From assembly GCF_006345805.1 (NCBI RefSeq), contig NC_042997.1, positions 178,002,001 to 178,066,000 on the forward strand: DNA of 64,000 nt. The letters are read 5' to 3'. A program made the translations under genes and the position numbers. Below the pieces are notes generated by a model. That model saw only the letters and a list, made by a program, of their open reading frames with translations, had not been told where the DNA came from and ran no database searches. Each line of letters begins with the position of its first letter. Position 1 is the stretch's first letter. The stretch comes from Octopus sinensis (Eukaryota). Below, one piece after another: positions 1 through 12,107 of the stretch.

Positions 1-400
1 TTTACTTGTTTCAGTCATTTGAATGTGGCCATGCTGGAGCACCGCCTTTAGTGGAGCAAATCGACCCCCAGGACTTATTCTTTGTAAGCCTAGTACTTAT
101 TCTATCAGTCTCTTTTGCCGAACCACTAAGTTACGGGTATATAAACACACCAGCATCAGTTGTCAAGCGATGTTGGGGGGAACAAAGACAGACACACAAA
201 TATACACATATATATATATATATATATACATATATACGATGGGCTTCTTTCAGTTTCCATTTACTAAATCCACTCATAAGGTTTTGGTCGGCCCGAGGCT
301 ATAGTAGAAAACACTTGCCCAAGGTGCCACGCAGTGGGACTGAACCTGGAACCATGTGGTTGGTAAGCAAGCTACTTACTACACAGCCACTCCTATGCCT
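1..400 (-). mobile_element. tRNA-derived SINE family 1 (head aggcgcaggagtggctgtgtgg, internal microsatellite)
   Basis: A/B-box-like head and high similarity to many other copies in the window. Confidence 0.85.
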
Positions 401-653
401 TGGATATTATCCAACCATCTTAATCTTGGTCTAACTATGGTTTCCTGCTTGAAGAAACCCTGACCCTAACCCTCTTGTGCTCCTTTCCTTTGACACTCTA
501 ATCACAAGTCCATCACACCAGAGTTGTAACCTCTTGATGTGGAACAGTAGCACCTCAACCTGGAGAAACTCCCTGACCCCTAAGCTATGCACCCTGTTGT
601 GTAATGTTATTCAAGAGATTTTCTAGTGAGGAGCCCCATTTTAGCAGCTTATA

Positions 654-667
654 TTTATTCATTTATT
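654..667 (-). terminator. Tandem polyadenylation signals of gene A
   Basis: AATAAA on the minus strand at 667-662 and 659-654, just after the predicted stop. Confidence 0.55.
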
Positions 668-691
668 TGCTTGCTTGCTTCATTTAACATT

Positions 692-754
692 TTAAAAATA
701 ATATTGTTGTGGGATATGGGGTTTCGATGGGCCTGTCGTTGATTTCTTGTATTT
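692..754 (-). CDS. Gene A terminal coding exon (KYKKSTTGPSKPHIPQQYYF*)
   Basis: Acceptor cactttccccttcag, phase 0, TAA at 694-692, two AATAAA 25-38 nt downstream. Confidence 0.65.
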   Translation of the reverse strand, partial: KYKKSTTGPSKPHIPQQYYF

Positions 755-796
755 CTGAAGGGGAAAGTGACATGGGAGCACTTACTCTTTCCTCTC

Positions 797-1192
797 TCTT
801 TTACTTGTTTCAGTCATTTGTCTGCGGCCATGCTGGAGCACCGCCTTTAGTCGAGCAAATTGACCCCGGGACTTATTCTTTGTAAGCCCAGTACTTATTC
901 TATCGGTCGCTTTTGCCAAACCACTAAGTGACAGGGACGTAAACACACCAGCATCGGTTGTCAAGCAATGCTAGGGGGGACAAACAGACACAAACATACA
1001 CACAAATACATATAAATATACATATATACGACGGGCTTCTTTCAGTTTCCATCTACCAAATCCACTCACAAGGCATTGGTTGGCCCGGGGCTATAGCAGA
1101 AGACACTTGTCCAAGATGCCACGCAGTGGGACTGAACCTGGGACCATGTGGTTGGTAAGCAAGCTACTTGCCACACAGCCACTCCTGCGCCT
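797..1192 (-). mobile_element. SINE family 1, full length
   Basis: Near-identical to other family-1 copies. Confidence 0.88.
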
Positions 1193-1231
1193 ATTCAATA
1201 AACTTCATTAAAAAAATTCAGATTAATTTGC

Positions 1232-1680
1232 AAATGTTTAATGATGAAAGATATAAAGATACATACTCAGATGCACACATGCATACATTCAATCATGCAT
1301 ATACACATACATACATGCATGCATGCACACATTCATACATACATAAATGCACACATACATACATGCATACATGCACACATACATGCATACATACATAGAT
1401 ATGCACACATATATATACATACAAATGTTTAATGATGAAAGATAAAAATACATACACAGATGCACACATGCATACATTCAAACATGCATACACACATACA
1501 TGTACACATACATAGGCATGCACACATATATACATACATAAATGCACACATACATACATGCATACATGCACACATACATACATGCATACATACATGTACA
1601 CATACATACATGTACACATACATACATGCATGAACATGTACATACATACATACATGCATACAGATGCTTATACACATGCG
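1232..1680. repeat. CATA/CACA-rich low-complexity tandem repeat with a ~190-bp higher-order unit
   Basis: Unit starting caaatgtttaatgatgaaagat recurs at about 1422. Confidence 0.85.
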
Positions 1681-2242
1681 CATGTGTATACGGGTTGATG
1701 TAAGTGACTATCCCCCTCCCCCAAATTTCAGGCATTGTGCCTATAATAGAAAGGATTATTATTATTATTATAAAGGCAGTGATCTGGCAGAGCTGTTAGC
1801 ATGCCAGGCGAACAGTATTTCATCTGTCTTCACATTCTGAGTTCAAATTCCACCAAGGTCAACTTTGCCTTTCATCCTCTTGGGGTTGATAAATTAAATA
1901 CCAGTTGAGAACTGAGGATTGACGTAACCAACATTCATGCATACATTCAATCATGCATATACACATACATACATGCATGCATGCACACATTTATACATAC
2001 ATAAATGCACACATACATACATGCATACATGCACACATACATGCATACATACATAGATATGCACACATATATATACATACAAATAATCCCTTCCTCCAGG
2101 ATTATTATTGTTAGTAGCTGTAGTGGTGGCAGCAGTGGAGGCAGCAGCAGTAGTCATAGTATGTTTCATTTCCCATAAATAGTCACAGCCATTCTAGACT
2201 GCAATTTTGTTAGTCTAGCAATAGATTACATGTAAATACAAC

Positions 2243-2405
2243 AGGCGTAGGAGTGGCTGTGTGGTAAGTAGCTTGCTTACTAACAACATGGTTCTGGGTT
2301 CACTCCCACTACGTGGCACATTGGGCAGGTGTCTTCTACTATAGCCAAGGGCTGACCAAAGCCTTGTGAGTGGATTTGGTAGACGGAAACTGAAAGAATC
2401 CCATC

Positions 2406-2444
<39 letters not shown>

Positions 2445-2647
2445 CATCATCATCATCATCGTTTAACGTCCGCTTTCCATGCTAGCATGGGTTGGACGGT
2501 TCAACTGGGGTCTGGGAAGCCAGAAGGTTGCACCAGGCCCAGTCTGATCTGGCAGTGTTTCTACAGCTGGATGCCCTTCCTAACGCCAACCACTCCATGA
2601 GTGTAGTGGGTGCTTTTTACATACATACACATATATATATGTATGTA

Positions 2648-2682
<35 letters not shown>

Positions 2683-2885
2683 TTGTGTGTCTGTGTTTGT
2701 CCCCTCCAACATCACTTGACAACCGATGCTGGTGTGTTTACATCCCCGTAACTTAGCGGTTCGGCAAAAGAGACCGATAGAATAAGTACTAGGCTTACAA
2801 AGAATAAGTCCTGCGGGGTTGATTTGCTCGACTAAAGGCAGTGCTCCAGCATGGCCACAGTCAAATGACTGAAACAAGTAAAAAG
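2243..2885 (+). mobile_element. SINE family 1 with an RTE 3-prime fragment (about 2444-2620, minus) inserted in its microsatellite
   Basis: Head and tail intact on either side of the insert. Confidence 0.85.
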
Positions 2886-2983
2886 TAAAAAAGTAAAGAT
2901 ATATTCCCCAAATATTAGAGTTCATACAGAGTAGTCCTATTGAAAGACAATACTAAATTGGTGCTTATGTGGAAGACTATTAC

Positions 2984-3027
2984 CTTCTTTTTTTCTGATT
3001 CCATAACTTCAACTTGCTTCATGAACT
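2984..3027 (-). CDS. Gene A coding exon 6 (EFMKQVEVMESEKKK)
   Basis: Acceptor ttttaatattacag, donor AAG|gtaata, 44 nt, phase 1-0; 43+44 nt restores the frame. Confidence 0.8.
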
Positions 3028-3230
3028 CTGTAATATTAAAAGTAAAAATATGACACCATTTATAAAATAATATTCAAAAAGTGATACATCAAGGTTTTTA
3101 TAGATTAATCGAACAAGGAAAACTGTACATGTCCAAACAACCCAATAGAAATAATAGCTGAATTGCCTTCATATCATGTTCTACTGTTTTAAGGAAGGAA
3201 GATCACAGAGGATATAATGCAGTCCTAGAT

Positions 3231-3467
3231 ACCTATTTCTTTATTACCTACAAGGGGCTAAACACAGAGGGGACAAACAAGGACAGACACACAGATTAAA
3301 TCGATTACATCGACCCCAGTGCATAACTGGTACTTAATTTATCGACCCCGAAGAGATGAAAGGCAAAGTCGACCTCAGCAGAATTTGAACTCTGAACGTA
3401 ACGGCAGACGAAATACGACTACGCATTTTGCCCGGGGTGCTAATGATTCTGCCAGCCTGCCGCCTTT
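3231..3467 (-). mobile_element. tRNA-derived SINE family 2 (head ggcggcgagctggcagaa); other single copies at about 5692-5908, 38813-39040, 42300-42510, 57618-57850
   Basis: B-box-like gagttcaaattcc; shared body and tail. Confidence 0.85.
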
Positions 3468-3767
3468 TGTAGTTGTAGGTACCAATATGTCTGATAACAA
3501 AAAGAGTTTGTCATGGCGGGAATGTCTTTACTCATAGGTCTGCCTGATCAGGGTTAATGTGGAGTCCCAAAAAAAAAAGCTACCGCAGCAGATATCTTAT
3601 CTGGCTTCCAGAAATTTGAAATTTCCAGAAATATCGTGCAATATCATGCAGTATATTATATCCAGTATTGAGTAAATAGACTCTGTTTTTGAAGTTGGTT
3701 AATTTGCATATGGCATGTTAAAAATAGTGTTGTTCTTTGCTTTGTTATGTGGATCAGTAAAGATTAA

Positions 3768-3989
3768 CCCTTTTCATACCAACCTGGCTGAAACCATCTC
3801 TGGCTCTGTAGTACAAATGTCTTGTTTCCAAAAATTCTGAATTAAAATCTTCCCCCTAACTTTAGTCACAATTTATGTTCCTAACACTAACTTAATGATT
3901 ACTATGTTATTTTACTAAATTTCTTGTTATATTTAAAATTTAGTGAAAGAAACACAGAGCATCTCAAAAGAAATATGGTAACAAAAGGG
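3768..3989. mobile_element. piggyBac-type MITE (CCC...GGG, TTAA TSD); related copies at about 7600-7826 and 63013-63158
   Basis: TTAA|CCCTTT...AAAGGG|TTAA. Confidence 0.75.
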
Positions 3990-4177
3990 TTAAACATATT
4001 CTGCCTAAGAAGTGTATTAATTTATACCTGTATCTGTTACATAAAATCCTGTTCTTCATTTTTCTTCATTTAATTTTCACCCTACAAACATTATTCTGTA
4101 TACATTGTACAGAATGATATATTCAGAAAATTTTAAGCAGATTAATAAATATTGAACATGCCCTCTTTTTGAAATGT

Positions 4178-4610
4178 ATAGCCCGGCATTGCTTGGGTTT
4201 GTTTTTTAGTTGTGCTTAAAACAGCAGACTTTGAAGTTGCATTAACAAAATTTTGACATAGTTTCAATCTTTTTTGAAAAGTAAAAATTTTGCATTATGT
4301 AGCTTGTTCTCTTTAAGTGAACATTCTTCTGGTTGAAATACACCGAAAAATGGCGACACAGCAGTAAAAAAATCATAAAAGATAGGGATTTTCATAGAAA
4401 AAAAGCACCGTTTTGATGTAAATAATTTTTGCGTTAACATGGTCCGATTTGAACTTTTTCTTCTACGGAATGAAGAGCAAGCCTTTTTCTATCATACTTT
4501 CAATTTTGGTCAACTTGCGCTGCAGGGTCTCGGAGGAGATAGTGTTAGTTGAAGGCTACCAAACCTGCCACACACACACACACAGACAACTTCAGCTTTA
4601 TATGTATAGA
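4178..4610 (-). mobile_element. Non-autonomous Helitron (same subfamily as 28577-28967), eroded 3-prime end
   Basis: A|TC start at 4610; body closely similar to 28577-28967. Confidence 0.8.
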
Positions 4611-5092
4611 TTAATCTGAATCTGTTAAATACAGTTTAGTTCTTTGTTTTTCATAGATTATTTTACATTTTAAGTATATATTTAAATTGACTCCAGAAAA
4701 CTGGAAAATCCAGAAATCTGGGACACTTCCAAACCTAAGTTTGCCAGATAATTGGTCTGGTACAGTAATAAACCAACAATGGAACCTCTAGAAAGAGTAG
4801 CCTGATCTCTGTTTAAGGAATAAACTAGATGATTAAAGTTAGAATATCTTTGATTAAAAGATATTTATAAGTCTTCTTGATCAGGACTGCTCTGGTGTTA
4901 AACAATAGGAACAATTTAAGGATGTCTTTTTCTGGCTTACTCAGAAGAAGAAGATTGTACCTGTGACTATTGCAGGGTCTCTGAACCAAGTAAGTGAAAG
5001 GGGGGAAAAACAACCTATAGGCATGGCCTATGTGTTTAAGAAGTTTGCTCCCCAACCACACGGCATTGAGTTCAGTTCCACTGTGTGGTAAC

Positions 5093-5360
5093 TGTGGGAT
5101 GACGTCAGCAGCTGGGGAGCTGACCGGAAGAGGAAGGGGCAGGAGTCAGGCACGCGCAGGCAGGGGAGCATTGGGCCTTTTCAATCGGGGTAGCCAACAG
5201 CGCTGGACGTGTGAGCTCTTCGACAAAGGTAAGGGAAAAGCAGCTGCTATTTTTAGCGTTTGGGTCAGGCCACGTGGAAGGGTGCGTTACCACCAGAAAG
5301 GTCTGCGTTGACGAAGAGAAGGTAGGTGTCTTTACTTCAAAATCTCCCACATACACAACA
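5093..5360. mobile_element. Solo LTR (268 bp) inserted into a SINE
   Basis: TGT...ACA termini, 5-bp TSD GTAAC at 5088-5092 and 5361-5365, GC/CpG-rich; the SINE sequence resumes across it. Confidence 0.8.
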
Positions 5361-6259
5361 GTAACTTGGGCAAGTGTTTTTACTATAGTATCAGGGCAAC
5401 CAAAGCCTTGTGAGTAGATTTGGTAGATAGAAAATGAAAGAAACACATCTGAATAATCTCTACCAAATATTTTGAGCATCTCAACAGCGACCTGATGGAC
5501 CACAAGATTTCCCTGTCTTCATGTCTTTAATTGCCTTATATATCATACTGCTGTCAACTAATGTAGCTTGTCCCTCTGTTGGGTTTACATGGGGGAGATT
5601 CCCATTCTCCTATTCAGTCTCCACATTTAACAGCCTTTCATAGTAGCTCTTATATGCCTCTTATTTATCAGAATCATTTAGTGCTAGCATACCTATTTCT
5701 TTACTCATAAGGAGCTAAACATGGACAGACATAGGTATTAAGTCGATTACATCAACCCCCAGTGCGTAACTGGTACTTAATTTATCGACCCCGAAAGGAT
5801 GAAAGGCAAAGTCGACCTCGGTGGAATTTGAACTCACAACGTAATGGCAGCCGAAATACCGCTAAGCATTTTGCCCGATGTGCTAACGATTCTGCCAGCT
5901 CGCCGCCTTATACAATTATCTAGCATACCATTATCCATTCACACACACTTTTCTCCCACATCTCAATTCTCTCTGACATATTGTCTAGCAATTTCTGATC
6001 TTCAAGCTGTAAGACACTGGCAGACCTCTTCCTTCCTGCTTAGCTAGATAAACCCGACTCCTAGCTTCTCTTTTAGCTGCATGATATGGTTCTTTGCTAC
6101 CTCCACTTTTCTACTCTTTCCATATATATCTCTTCTCTTTTATGGTTCTGTTGACCTCACCATTCCACCACCATATCACTCTTGGTCTAGCAGAAGGTTT
6201 GCTCCGAACCACAGATTTGATCTGTCGCTCTCAGTAGATTATCCCATAAGAACTTCCAG

Positions 6260-6800
6260 TTGTCCTCTATGTCATTTGCCTCTTATATCTTCTTCCTCAT
6301 CAAATGCTTCATTTAAAACATCTCTAAATCTCTGCCAATTTGAAGGACCCATAAGCTTCCATAATCTTTTCCAAATTGGTTCGTGTCTCTGAGTCCTTCC
6401 AGCCCTAAGTTTGAAATCACTAACCACCAACCTATGTTGAGTTGTACATTCTTCACCTGGGAAGGACTTTCTGGTGGGAATGTAGTCAATCTGGCTAGTG
6501 AGTCCCACCAGATTGATAATTGATTAAATGGCAGGCTGATATCCTTAAGTTGGTATTGCAAACCACGCATGCCATGAAATCCATCAGAGTGCTTTCCAAC
6601 ATGATTATTGAAGTCCCCAGCCATGATGATAATATCTGTCTTTTGTTGTCAAGGTAGTCCACAGAAGAGATTCATAGAAACAGTCCTTCTGAATATCTGC
6701 CAGTCTGACATGGGTAGCATATGCAAAGATAAATGATACAGTAACATTTAACAAGACTGCAGAAGGATTTTGATTTCTATATGCAGGTGGGTCATAGTGA
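6260..6800 (-). mobile_element. RTE LINE AP-endonuclease relic
   Basis: Fragments AGDFNNHVGKHSDGFHG and QIDYI...QHRLVVSDF with frameshifts. Confidence 0.75.
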
Positions 6801-6998
6801 TATGGTCAAGAAGTTATGAATAATATTAAACTACTATCATGGTAGGTTTTGTAATAGAGCAAACACATATAATTCTATTCACGTTCTTTCACCTATTTTT
6901 TAGAAGAGATCTTGGATCATCTCTGAATGAAACCAAGTGAAGACTAATAATTGACCCAATGGTGAAGAAATATTTTTTACACTTACATTAAGCATATA

Positions 6999-7559
6999 TT
7001 GGGTTGTCCGGAAAGTTTGTGCCGATTTATAGTAGCTTACTTTTCGACTTATTTTAGAACATGGTTGAGTCCATTAAACTTTGACTATACTTCTATTTAG
7101 AGCACAGTTTAAGCTATCTTTTCTGGATGAAGGTTTATATTCCTATAACCAGTGTTAATTCTGTAACCCTTTAAAATGGAAGGTAACAAAGTTCATCTTT
7201 GGCGCTTGATGCTTTGGGAACCAGACAAAAATTGCTGCAGCTTGGCTGGGATGTGTTACCTCACCCTCCATATTCACCAGATATTGCTCCATTGGATTTC
7301 CACTTATTCAGGTCTCTGGAGAATGGTCTCAATAGTAAAAATTTCAATTCCTTGGATGATGTAAAAAGATACCTTGATGAATTCTTTGCCACGAAACCAC
7401 CTCAGTTCTGGGAAGAGGGTATTTTCAAGTTAAAGAAAAGATGGAGACGCATTGTGCAACAAAATGGTTCATATTTGGTTGATTAAAAATGTAATGGCAA
7501 GTATTTATTGACCTTTTTCTTTCCTTTAAAAATTGGCATGAACTTTCCGGACAACCCAA
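6999..7559 (+). mobile_element. Internally deleted mariner element retaining the transposase C-terminus
   Basis: TIRs TTGGGTTGTCCGGAAAGTT(T/C)(G/A)TGCC(G/A)ATTT at both ends, TA TSDs; ORF fragment LGWDVLPHPPYSPDIAPLDFHLFRSL...RWRRIVQQNGSY. Confidence 0.92.
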
Positions 7560-7847
7560 TAGTTGGTGGTAGTTATGGCGATTGTGGTTATGGTGCATAG
7601 ATGACATTGTTACCATTTTTGTTGAGATGCTCTGTGTTTCTTTCAATTAATTTTAAATATAACAAAGAATTCAGTAAATTAATTTAGTTATCATTAAGCT
7701 AGTGTCAGGAACGTAAATTGTGATTAAGGTTTGATGGAAGATTTTAATTCAGAACTTTTGAAAACATGACATTTGTACTATAGAGCCAGAGGCGGTTTCA
7801 GCCAGGTTGGTATCAAAAGAGTTAATGAATAAATGTCACATCCTCAC

Positions 7848-7890
7848 CTTCCAAGATTCCAATGTCATCTTCTGCTTTTCCCAGTCTACT
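7848..7890 (-). CDS. Gene A coding exon 5 (SRLGKAEDDIGILE + first base of E)
   Basis: Acceptor ttatttctttatag, donor AAG|gtgagg, 43 nt, phase 0-1; phase matches exon 6. Confidence 0.8.
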
Positions 7891-8699
7891 CTATAAAGAA
7901 ATAATTCAAAGGGAAAATTATTATTATTACGATTGAATGAGAGAGCAGTGCATGCCATTAAAGTGATGTTGGAGTACAAATATATGAAGCCCAATATACC
8001 AGTCTGATAAGAGCACACCAGGCACATGCATCAAGACCACATGTGCACGACATGGTGACCTTATATCCAGATAAACAGTGCACGACCTTGCAGATGGGAG
8101 TCCAGTTAGAATTTTCTTCAGGTCAAGTAACCCATCCCACTCAAAAGGTCCCTGAATAAAGGTCATTCAAGGATCGCCTGAGCTTTTCATGTACTGATGA
8201 ATTAGTACCAGTGATGCATTAGGGTCAATTCAATTCATTCTGTCATCTGACTAGGCACAAGCATTGCTGTATGGTTAAGACGTTCATTCCTAACCATGTG
8301 GTTTGGGTTCAGTCCCACTGCATGGCACTTCAGACAAAGAAACATTTTGTGTGTGTGTGTGTGACCGCGCGCATGTGCGCTTGAGTTAGTATAACCCTTG
8401 TTTACATGTGTTGCAAATAATGTAGTGTCAAATGATGTTATTTACATATTGTCCATAACAAAAGCATGACTGGGATTCTTGGTATGTTTGAACATGTTTC
8501 ACAAACTTTGTTAAGAAAAGGCTCTTTCATCATTAATTTGGTATTGTTTGTTTCCAATTCTTCATATAATAATCATTTCTGAGCTGTTTGTTGTTTGACA
8601 AACTGGGAGTTGATATCAGAAAGGGTATCTGGTTATAGAAATCTGTCCCAGAGTATTGTCTGACAGATGCAAGCATGGGAAAATAAATATTAAAATAAA

Positions 8700-9300
8700 T
8701 ATTAAAATGAAGACCTGTTGAGGCAAGTGAAAATCAAAATCAAAATCGAAATCGATCAACATCAATGGAAATTGCAGCTGTGATACCAGTGCCGGTGGTA
8801 CGTAAGAGAACCATCCGATCATGGCCGTTGCCAGCGTCGCCTGGCCCCCGTGCCAGTGGCACGTAAAAAGCACCATCTGATCGTGGCTGTTTGCCTGCCT
8901 CGTCTGGAACCTGTGCCGGTGGCATGTAAAAATCACCCACTACACTCACAGAATGGTTGGCGTTAGGAAGGGCATCCAGCTGTAGAAACATTGCCAGATC
9001 AGACTGGGCCTGGTGCAGCCTTCTGGCTTCCCAGACCCCAGTTGAACCGTCCAACCCATGCTAGCACGAAAAGCGGACACTAAACGATGATGATGATGAT
9101 GATATGTGTCGGTGGCACATAAAAAGCCGCCACTACACTCACGGAGTGATTGGCGTTAGGAAGGGCATCCAGCTGTAGAAACACTGCCAGATCAGACTGG
9201 GCCTGGTGCAGCCTTCTGGCTTCCCAGACCCCAGTTGAACCGTCCAACCCATGCTAGCATGGAAAGCAGATGTTAAACGATGATGATGATGATGATGAGG
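8700..9300 (+). mobile_element. RTE 3-prime UTR fragments, tandemly repeated, each ending in (GAT)n
   Basis: Matches 14050-14666. Other RTE 3-prime copies at about 10510-10940 (minus), 22282-22772, 42760-43275 (minus), 44590-44850, 50665-50970 (minus). Confidence 0.85.
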
Positions 9301-9567
9301 AGGAGGAGGAGGAGGGGGATGAACTATCTTTCAATTTATTTTTTACCTGTTTCACTCACTGGACTTCAGCCATGATGGAGCACCACCTTGAGCAGTTTAG
9401 TGAAACAAATCAAACCCACTACTTGTTTTTTTTAAGTCTGGTACTTATTCAAAGAGTCTCTATTGGTCAACCACTAAGTTATGGGGATGTAAACAAACCA
9501 ACACCAGGTGTCAAGTGATAGGGTGGGGAACAAACACAACACAGAGACATACAAACATACATATGTA

Positions 9568-9604
<37 letters not shown>

Positions 9605-9606
9605 GT

Positions 9607-9990
9607 GGAGGCACAATGGCCCAGTGGTTAGGGCAGCGGACTCGCGGTCATAGGATCGCAGTTTCGATTCCCAGACCGGGTGTTGTGAGTGTTTATTGAG
9701 CGAAAACACCTAAAAAGCTCCACGAGGCTCCGGCAGGGGATGGTGGTGATCCCTGCTGTACTCTTTCACCACAACTTTCTCTCACTCTTACTTCCTGTTT
9801 CTGTTGTACCTGTATTTCAAGGGGCCGGCCTTGTCACTCTCTGTGTCACGCTGAATATCCCCGAGAACTACGTTAAGGGTACACGTGTCTGTAGAGTGTT
9901 CAGCCACTTACACGTTAATTTCACGAGCAGGCTGTTCCGTTGATTCGGATCAACCGGAACCCTCATCGTCGTAACCGACGGAGTGCTTCC
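9607..9990 (+). mobile_element. tRNA-derived SINE family 3 (head ggaggcgcaatggcccagtggttaggg); related copies at about 41545-41840, 19718-19970, 49070-49285 (minus), 51485-51820 (minus), 62810-63250
   Basis: tRNA-like A box tggcccagtgg and B box gtttcgattccc. Confidence 0.8.
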
Positions 9991-10947
9991 ATCCATATGT
10001 ATATATATATATATATGAGGTCAATGACTGTGTGTCACTTTAAAACTATATACCTCAAGCAAGGCCTAGTGCTGCCATTGCTAGTCAGGGTTATCCTGTG
10101 CTGAAACCATTGGTCCACAGGTACCGTTTAAGGCTGAGTAGGGACATCAGCTCCCTTGTTCAGGGCATAATGATGCAGTTGTGCATCGATAACCAGCTGG
10201 AAAAGGTGTTTTCCTCGGACTAAAACAATGAGGGAATATTATTCCAAACTTACAGGCTACATTTATATTTATATTGAAGTGATTTTACTATTATTATTAC
10301 TATTATCATTTCTTAAATATAGCCATGAAACATGTGTCATTATTCTACCAAATATATACGTTTTAATTACTTTTTTGCAAATTGATTAATCATGGTTATA
10401 TGTTTTATCTTATATTTAATCTTTCTATAATATGTAATTTTTCTAAACGGTATAATTTCATTTTTCATTATTGAATTGATAAAAGGTGGTTTTTTTTCTA
10501 ATATATATCATCATCATCATCATCATCATCATTTAACGTCCGCTTTCCATGCTAGCATGGGTTGGACGGTTCAACTGGGGTCTGGGGAGCCCGAAGGCTG
10601 CACCAGGCCAGTCAGATCTGGCAGTGTTTCTACAGCTGGATGCCCTTCCTAACACCAACCACTCCGAGAGTGTAGTGGGTGATTTTATGTGCCACCAACA
10701 CAGGTGCCAGACGAGGCTGGCGAACGGCCACGCTCGGATGGTGTTTTTTATGTGCCACTGACACAGGTGCCAGATGAAGCTGGCGAACGGCCACGATCGG
10801 ATGGTGTTTGTTACGTTCCCACAGCACGGAGGCGAGTCGATGCGGTACTGGCTACGGCCACGTTCGGATGGTTTTCTTGTGTGACACCGGCACTGGTACC
10901 ACAAAGATACAAATTCCATTGATGTTCATCTATTTTGATTTGGTTTG

Positions 10948-11012
<65 letters not shown>

Positions 11013-11259
11013 TATCAAAAGTTAGACAGAGAAGGGAGAAATAGACAAAAACTGGGCGCAAACATAATGGACAGAAAAGGGAGACAAAAACATGATACAA
11101 GGAACATTTGCAGCTGATTTCCTCATCAGTTGGTTTCCGAGACGTCTTAGTGGTTTCATGCTATTCAAAACCAAGACCACTGTTATCAACGTGAATACCA
11201 GAACATAGAGTGACAGGAAAAGGCTGACGAATGTGTGCGAAGACAGGACAAAATAACAT

Positions 11260-11548
11260 GGTGGTGGTGGTGGTTGTTGAGGTGGTGGTGGAGGTGATGA
11301 TGATGATGATGGTGGTGGTGGGAGTGGCGATGACAATGCTGATGATGAGGATGATGCTGATGATGATGATGGTGGTGGTGGAGGTGGTGGTGGTGGTGGT
11401 GGTGGTGGTGGTTGTTGAGGTGGTGGTGGAGGTGATGATGATGATGATGGTGGTGGTGGGAGTGGCGATGACAATGCTGATGATGAGGATGATGCTGATG
11501 ATGATGATGGTGGTGGTGGAGGTGGTGGTGGTGGTGGTGGTGGTGGTA
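11260..11548. repeat. GGT/GAT low-complexity tract with a 138-bp tandem duplication
   Basis: gttgttga at 11273 and 11411; agtggcgatgac at 11323 and 11461. Confidence 0.9.
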
Positions 11549-11653
11549 GTGACGATAACAAAAAATTGGAGGAGGAGAAGAATGGTGACAACTATAACCA
11601 TGATGAGAAATGAGAAAAGGAGAGTGGATGACGACGACGATGACAGATGATGG

Positions 11654-11687
<34 letters not shown>

Positions 11688-11804
11688 GGTAGTGAGAACA
11701 ATGACGACAACAGACAGTGATAAGGTTGATCTAGAATTATGATATTGTGAAGGCATAGAACAAAACTAAAAGGTGTAATAAAATATGGCAGAAAATATTC
11801 TTAC

Positions 11805-11882
11805 CAGTACTCCTTCTTGTCTGTCAGATATCATCATTGTTTTATTCATCATATCTCCAATATTCTTCAACAATGATGCATC
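11805..11882 (-). CDS. Gene A coding exon 4 (DASLLKNIGDMMNKTMMISDRQEGVL)
   Basis: Acceptor ctatctttcattacag, donor gtaagaat, 78 nt, phase 0-0; shares LKNIG with exon 2. Confidence 0.85.
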
Positions 11883-12059
11883 CTGTAATGAAAGATAGCA
11901 TACCATAACTTAGCGGTTCGGCAAAAGAGACCGATAGAATAAGTACTAGGCTTACAAAGAATAAGTTCTGGGGTCGACTTGCTCGACTAATGGTGGTGCT
12001 CCAGCATGGCCACAATCAAATGACTGAAACAAGTAAAGAGTATACACTTGAAAAAGAAA

Positions 12060-12076
12060 AGTAAAACAAAAAAGAC

Positions 12077-12107
<31 letters not shown>

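Noticed and set aside
6-434. Recurrent MFQSFxCGHAGAPPL..., MLGGQTQT... and MDGSTGVWEARR... ORFs
   Set aside because: They are antisense translations of SINE family 1 and the RTE 3-prime UTR, repeated at every copy.
4940-4990. Plus-strand 45-nt exon-like segment (cag|aagaag...ccaa|gtaagt)
   Set aside because: It is isolated with no partner exons and can be expected by chance.
9607-9690. tRNA-like sequences at SINE heads
   Set aside because: They have A/B boxes but no complete cloverleaf and continue into SINE bodies, so they are not tRNA genes.
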